A stretch of DNA of 64,000 nt, from NCBI GenBank assembly GCA_964447495.1, contig CAYUTF010000001.1, forward strand, positions 116,400 through 180,399, read 5' to 3'. Origin of the DNA: an uncultured archaeon. Lineage in GTDB: Archaea > Asgardarchaeota > Lokiarchaeia > Sigyniarchaeales > SOKP01. Made by a program: the position numbers and the translations under genes. Numbering within the stretch: position 1 is the first letter of the stretch; every line of letters starts with the position of its first letter. Positions 59,334 through 64,000 of the stretch are shown piece by piece. The notes under the pieces were generated by a model. That model was not told where the DNA came from, did no database searches, and was given only the letters and a program-made list of their open reading frames with translations.

Positions 59334-59846
59334 GTGATTAATATGAAATATAAACGAGATCAATACACTAACGGATTTTCAATATGTGCACTCATATTTG
59401 GGGGAATGTTTTTTTATTGGGGTATCGATGCTTTTTTTGATGATTCTTGGCACTTTATTTTTAGTTTATGGGGGCTTTTATGGGTAGGAATAGGCGCTGC
59501 TATTTTATCATCCCAGATTGCTGTACTTGCAAATAGAAGCAAATTAAAAAACGTCGTTCTTCATGAATTTCAATCAAATCCCAATATATCCGTTGAAGAA
59601 ATTAGTGCTAATACGGGAATTTCAGTTAGAGATGCACGAGCAATCATATTAGATTTAAAAGCTGCGGGAAAGCTCAGAGGAAGCTTCTCTACAACAACCG
59701 GAGAGGCTGAATCTATGAAAACCGTCAGAAGCCCTCCTATTGAGCCACAACCTGTAGAAGAGAAAGCTGGTTTTTGTCCTAACTGTGGTACCGCAATTCA
59801 TCGAGATAAGGCAGCATACTGCTCATATTGTGGAGCAAAATTTTAA
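59334..59846 (+). CDS. Two-TM + winged-helix + zinc-ribbon protein (tandem paralog)
   Basis: Closely similar to the preceding ORF (GFSIC, NRS.L..VV..EF..NPN, RAIILDLKA.G.L.G, CPNCG..CSYCG). Confidence 0.8.
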   Translation: MINMKYKRDQYTNGFSICALIFGGMFFYWGIDAFFDDSWHFIFSLWGLLWVGIGAAILSSQIAVLANRSKLKNVVLHEFQSNPNISVEEISANTGISVRDARAIILDLKAAGKLRGSFSTTTGEAESMKTVRSPPIEPQPVEEKAGFCPNCGTAIHRDKAAYCSYCGAKF

Positions 59847-60034
59847 ACCTATTTTTTATTCTTTTTACATTTTTCCTTTTCTATTCTAAACTGAAATCTT
59901 TTAATTGTGTTATAAAATTCTTAAAGAATCAATCAAAATTTGAATAAATAATTAGATTTGAAGAAATAATTCTTTTATTGAATAAATAATAGATTATTAT
60001 ATTTTGACTTTTCTATCAAAATTAGTGATAAATT

Positions 60035-60529
60035 ATGACAAAAAAATATAATGAATTAGAATTAAAGTCTCATGAAAAGATGGCAAAAGACTGTTTCAAT
60101 AAAACTTGGACGCTATTAGAAAAAGCAAACAGAACCGAAGATGAGGACAATGAAATGGTTCATACAGCACATGCATCGAGATATCATTGGGGTATATTAG
60201 TAGCCAATGGAAAAGGTAAACCCGTAAATCTTCAACGTGGAGAGTGGCAAATTGCTCGAGTGTATACAGTTCTAAATAGAGTAGAACCTGCCTTACATCA
60301 TGCGAAATTATGTTTGAAACTAACGGAGGATAACGATATAAAAGATTTTGATCTTGGATTTGCTTATGAAGCAATGGCTAGAGCGATGGCAGCTGCGGGT
60401 GATAAAACAGGATATGAAAAGTATATTAAGTTAGTATTAGAGGCAGGAGAAAAAATAAAAGATAAAGGAGATAGAGATTATTTCTTTGAGGATCTACATA
60501 AAGGCCAATGGTTTGGCATGAAAAAATAA
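60035..60529 (+). CDS. Conserved hypothetical helical (TPR-like) protein
   Basis: AHASRYHW, RGEWQIARVY and AYEAMARA motifs. Confidence 0.75.
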   Translation: MTKKYNELELKSHEKMAKDCFNKTWTLLEKANRTEDEDNEMVHTAHASRYHWGILVANGKGKPVNLQRGEWQIARVYTVLNRVEPALHHAKLCLKLTEDNDIKDFDLGFAYEAMARAMAAAGDKTGYEKYIKLVLEAGEKIKDKGDRDYFFEDLHKGQWFGMKK

Positions 60530-60557
60530 AAAAAAGAAAATTTTTTTATATTATTAT

Positions 60558-61526
60558 TTATGGGGGATATCTTAACTCATATATACTTTTTCCGCCGTTA
60601 AGTGGTCCTTTTATATATGGTTCTATTTCTTTTGGGTCTCTCTGTGTTATTCCCTCAATTGGAGGTAATTTCCCAGGAGGAAATGTTTTTAAAATATCTT
60701 CAACCAATTTTTTTAAATAATCTAAGAATGCTTCCATACCTGGAAGTCCTTTTTCAATGGTTGCTTTACTTGGGCAGCCAACATGTCCTTCAGGATAGGC
60801 GGTGACTTCAATTGGTCCAAATCCAACTTGCCCATACCAACGAATAGGTTTTTGATACACATTTCCTGCTTTATCTACATGTCCATCTGGCATCCATCCA
60901 ACAACCTCATTATCGTTGCAAGCATCTATTTCTTTAAGTAGTTCAGGAAATAATGTCATCGAAAATGACGTCTCAGCTTCATCAGCATGAATAAATGGAG
61001 TTTCGAAAGGTCCACCGTGTTCTTTATCTTTACAATACTCAGGGATTGCATGATACCAATTTAAATTACAAATCACAGCAGGAAGTTGATAATTTTTTGC
61101 CCACTCATGAATTGCACTGGGAATTACATACTCATGACCATGTCCATTAAGCAAAATCATCTTTCTAAAGCCCATATTCCAACATCCAGCCATAATTGCT
61201 CGTAATAGCCCCTTAAATGTTTCTTCAGGTACAATTATAGTACCAGGCATACCTAAATGATGATAAGGATGAGATCCATACCAGCTTGGTTGGGCTACTG
61301 TGCATCCCGTTTTCTCTGCTACTAATTCTGCCATTCTGGTCACTAAAAATGTGTCTTCTCCAACACAGGCTGCTGCTCCATGATTTTCTGTGGAGCCTAT
61401 AGGTATTATAATTACATCATTTTTTTTAACTCGTTCTTTTATTTCAACAATACTCATATTTTGAAGGTATATCCCATCGGGTAAATCCATATGTCCCGAT
61501 TTAGGAGGAAGATTCCAATCTGTCAT
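60558..61526 (-). CDS. iolN: 3-dehydro-scyllo-inosose hydrolase (creatininase family)
   Basis: GSTENHG..GED, NGHG and PFIHADE.ETS motifs. Clustered with iolM- and iolO-like genes. Confidence 0.82.
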   Translation of the reverse strand: MTDWNLPPKSGHMDLPDGIYLQNMSIVEIKERVKKNDVIIIPIGSTENHGAAACVGEDTFLVTRMAELVAEKTGCTVAQPSWYGSHPYHHLGMPGTIIVPEETFKGLLRAIMAGCWNMGFRKMILLNGHGHEYVIPSAIHEWAKNYQLPAVICNLNWYHAIPEYCKDKEHGGPFETPFIHADEAETSFSMTLFPELLKEIDACNDNEVVGWMPDGHVDKAGNVYQKPIRWYGQVGFGPIEVTAYPEGHVGCPSKATIEKGLPGMEAFLDYLKKLVEDILKTFPPGKLPPIEGITQRDPKEIEPYIKGPLNGGKSIYELRYPP

Positions 61527-61620
61527 ATTCTCATCTCATTTTAATAATAATTTATTAATAATATTATTAAGCAAATATATATGTTAAATTTTTTAACGAT
61601 TGAAAATAATTAGCTAAATA

Positions 61621-62433
61621 ATGAAATTAAGTATTGTTTCTGGGCTTAATGAATCCACGAAGAAACAAGAAGAAGTCTATGATAAATTTTCAAATATTTG
61701 TGAGTTAATTAAACCTTTTAATTATGATGGCGTTGAGTTAAGTTTACTTGAACCAGAACGATTAGATGCAAATAAACTCAATGAAATCAAAGATACATAT
61801 AATATGGAAATATCTGCGATAGGAACAGGCAATACATTTATTCGATTCGGATATTCATTAGGACACCATGATGAAAGTATAAGGGCTAAAGCAATTGAAA
61901 GAGTAAAAAGATATATTAGTTTTGCTCGAGAAACCGAATCAAAAGTCATAATTGGTTTAATTAGGGGTCGATATAGCTTTGAAAGTAATCCAAAAAGAGA
62001 GAAATTGAACATTAAATCTTCATTAAAACAGTGCTGTCAAATTGCCGAAAATGAAGATGTTATTTTATTATTTGAACCTATTAATAGGTTTGAAATTGAT
62101 TCATATAATACCATAGCAGATTCTGTTGAGTTGCTTCAAGAAATCGCCTCCGATCAGTTGAGGTTGCTTATTGATACATATCATACACATTTAGAGGAGG
62201 ATCCTGTCCTAATTTGGGATTATCTTCCCGAGATAGTACCTCTTGTCTCCCATATTCACTTAGCAGATTGCACGCGCAGAGCACCAGGTTCAGGTCATTT
62301 AGATTTTAGATCTTTCCTTAATATTTTTAAAGATGTGGGATACCAAGAATTTATTTCAGTAGAAACCATAATGAAACCCTCATTTGAAGAAGTTGCACGG
62401 GAGGCTTCTGAACTCATAAGCCTTATCCTTTAA
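61621..62433 (+). CDS. iolO: Sugar-phosphate isomerase/epimerase (5-keto-L-gluconate epimerase-like)
   Basis: YDGVEL, AIGTG, IIGLIRG, EPINRFE, DTYH, H.AD..R.APG.G motifs. Confidence 0.75.
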   Translation: MKLSIVSGLNESTKKQEEVYDKFSNICELIKPFNYDGVELSLLEPERLDANKLNEIKDTYNMEISAIGTGNTFIRFGYSLGHHDESIRAKAIERVKRYISFARETESKVIIGLIRGRYSFESNPKREKLNIKSSLKQCCQIAENEDVILLFEPINRFEIDSYNTIADSVELLQEIASDQLRLLIDTYHTHLEEDPVLIWDYLPEIVPLVSHIHLADCTRRAPGSGHLDFRSFLNIFKDVGYQEFISVETIMKPSFEEVAREASELISLIL

Positions 62434-62460
62434 TGATGTAGTGTTATAATCCATTTTTTA

Positions 62461-63651
62461 TTATTTTGAGATAATTGCTGAAATTTTACAATTTACTTTA
62501 TCAGTTTGAAGTAGTTTTAAATTTTCCGGAACCTTCTCTAAGGTGATCTCTTTTGTAATCATAGGAGTGACATCCATTCCTGCTGCCATACAACTAATTA
62601 CATTAGGAAATGTTCCATGCCCCGAATGTCCTTGAGCACCAACTATACGAGCTCTTCTAACTTGTAAATATTCTCCACATACAGGCATTCTCTGCTCAGC
62701 TCGAGCAACAACAACTATCGTACTATTTACATTTTTACACTCCCAAATAGTATTCTGTATATCATCAGTGACCTTTTCTGGAAGACCTGTAGCTTCAAGA
62801 TACAAAGCAGCACCCTCATTATCAGTGTATTCTTTTACTTTTTCTGTAAAATTTTCTCTAATGGGATTTATAACATAATCTGCCCCCATTTTCTTAGCTA
62901 GATTAGCTCTAGTTTCTTCTGGCTCAGAAATAATACATACTGATGCCCCAGCTGTTTTCAAAATTTTAGATGCTGCTAATCCAATAGGACCTGCTCCCAA
63001 AATTATTACATTTTCACCGGGTTTTATTCCCCCTCCTCTTTCTATTACTGCATTGTATGCAACCGAAGTGGGTTCGACTAGACTTCCTATTTTATAAATA
63101 TCCTCATAGCGATTTTCAAGTTTTTTTAGACTCCAACAAAGTTTAGCTGGAACAGAGAGATATTCGCTAAATGCCCCATCAATTGAAAATCCAATTTCCT
63201 GCAATCGTTCGCAATGATTCGGAAATCCATCACAACATGGCTTGCATTCTCCACACCAAACCATTTCTTCAACGGTGACTGGTTCTCCTATTTCATATAA
63301 TTTTCCAGTTCGTTTATTTAACGCATGATCACCAACCTCTACTATTTCGCCAGAAAATTCATGTCCTAAAGTAACAGGAAAAGCAGTTAGTCCCGGATAA
63401 TAAATGTAACCATCATCATAGGTTTGATTCATATGCACATCTGAGCCACATATCCCACAACGTCTAACCTTAATAAGAACTTCATTAGGTTTAATCTGAG
63501 GCTTCTTTTTATCCACTACTTTTACTATAGGATTACGCCACACTTTCGAACCTAAATAAGTTAACTTTCCTTCTATATCTTTTGATCCCAATTTAAATTC
63601 TGTTTTTGGATTCCATTTAGCATTAATTTCTATCGCTTTCATATTCTTCAT
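62461..63651 (-). CDS. iolM: scyllo-Inosose 3-dehydrogenase (Zn-dependent MDR)
   Basis: GS.VWRNP, CGICGSDVH, YPGLT.FPVTLGHE, C..C..C...C and QGHSGHG.FP motifs. Confidence 0.85.
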   Translation of the reverse strand: MKNMKAIEINAKWNPKTEFKLGSKDIEGKLTYLGSKVWRNPIVKVVDKKKPQIKPNEVLIKVRRCGICGSDVHMNQTYDDGYIYYPGLTAFPVTLGHEFSGEIVEVGDHALNKRTGKLYEIGEPVTVEEMVWCGECKPCCDGFPNHCERLQEIGFSIDGAFSEYLSVPAKLCWSLKKLENRYEDIYKIGSLVEPTSVAYNAVIERGGGIKPGENVIILGAGPIGLAASKILKTAGASVCIISEPEETRANLAKKMGADYVINPIRENFTEKVKEYTDNEGAALYLEATGLPEKVTDDIQNTIWECKNVNSTIVVVARAEQRMPVCGEYLQVRRARIVGAQGHSGHGTFPNVISCMAAGMDVTPMITKEITLEKVPENLKLLQTDKVNCKISAIISK

Positions 63652-63882
63652 CGATCCATAATTAATAATTAAGTGTATAAGAATTTTTAAAAAATAAAAG
63701 GATTAGTATCACATTCTAATTTTATATTTTCTTTTTTGTTACATTTTTAATAAGATTTCTACACACTCTATTTTGTGAATTTAGACCTATTTATAGATAA
63801 GACTTTTAGGAAATTAAGTTGATAAAAACAATTTTTAAATTTAATGAAGATAAAGTAAGAAAAAAAAGAAAATTTTGATTTA

Positions 63883-63999
63883 TTATTTCACTCTTTTAAG
63901 AAAGAATGATGACACTAAGGAAACAGTAATTAAAATAGCTTCAAAAAGTAATGCTGGTAGATAATCCCCGCTTGGTAAGGTAAAATCTGCTAGACCAAG
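63883..63999 (-). CDS. C-terminal fragment of a membrane protein (possibly an MFS transporter), truncated by the window edge
   Basis: Minus-strand frame reads LGLADFTLPSGDYLPALLFEAILITVSLVSSFFLKRVK*. Confidence 0.5.
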   Translation of the reverse strand, partial: LGLADFTLPSGDYLPALLFEAILITVSLVSSFFLKRVK

Positions 64000-64000
64000 A

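Noticed and set aside
71-62012. Numerous short antisense or alternate-frame ORFs in the track (e.g. 71-397, 608-976, 15106-15453, 40406-40702, 61722-62012)
   Set aside because: They lie wholly or largely within well-supported genes and have no motifs.
1-64000. CRISPR array, rRNA or IS element
   Set aside because: I saw no regularly spaced direct repeats, long GC-rich structural RNA or transposase ORF.

Overview
This is an AT-rich archaeal chromosome segment, most likely Asgard archaea (Lokiarchaeia/Promethearchaeota). That assignment is inferred from longin-like and roadblock proteins, an atypical small GTPase, several SCP2 proteins, archaeal-type ThyA, a TrmB regulator and tRNAs with BHB-type introns. 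It holds about 58 CDS and 2 intron-containing tRNAs, and I found no CRISPR array, rRNA or transposase. Main loci: (1) an ArsR-flanked operon of acr3, a class I SAM-methyltransferase fused to an HgcA-like corrinoid protein, an HgcB-like ferredoxin and a small protein ending Gly-Cys, which is the best candidate for an undescribed system (arsenic-linked, cobalamin-dependent methylation); (2) an Smc5/6-like SMC with kleisin-like and kite-like partners, preceded by a degenerate AAA+ protein; (3) a CobN/BchH chelatase with a single fused I-D subunit that carries a possible frameshift site; (4) a Liv-type ABC transporter with a membrane-anchored HEAT protein and an acyl-CoA ligase; (5) Thermotoga-type iolM/N/O inositol genes. 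Two genes (smc and mutY-like) need non-canonical start codons to include their conserved N-termini. A ~260-nt fold-back element follows tRNA-Arg. All calls come from motif recognition by eye; no database searches were run.
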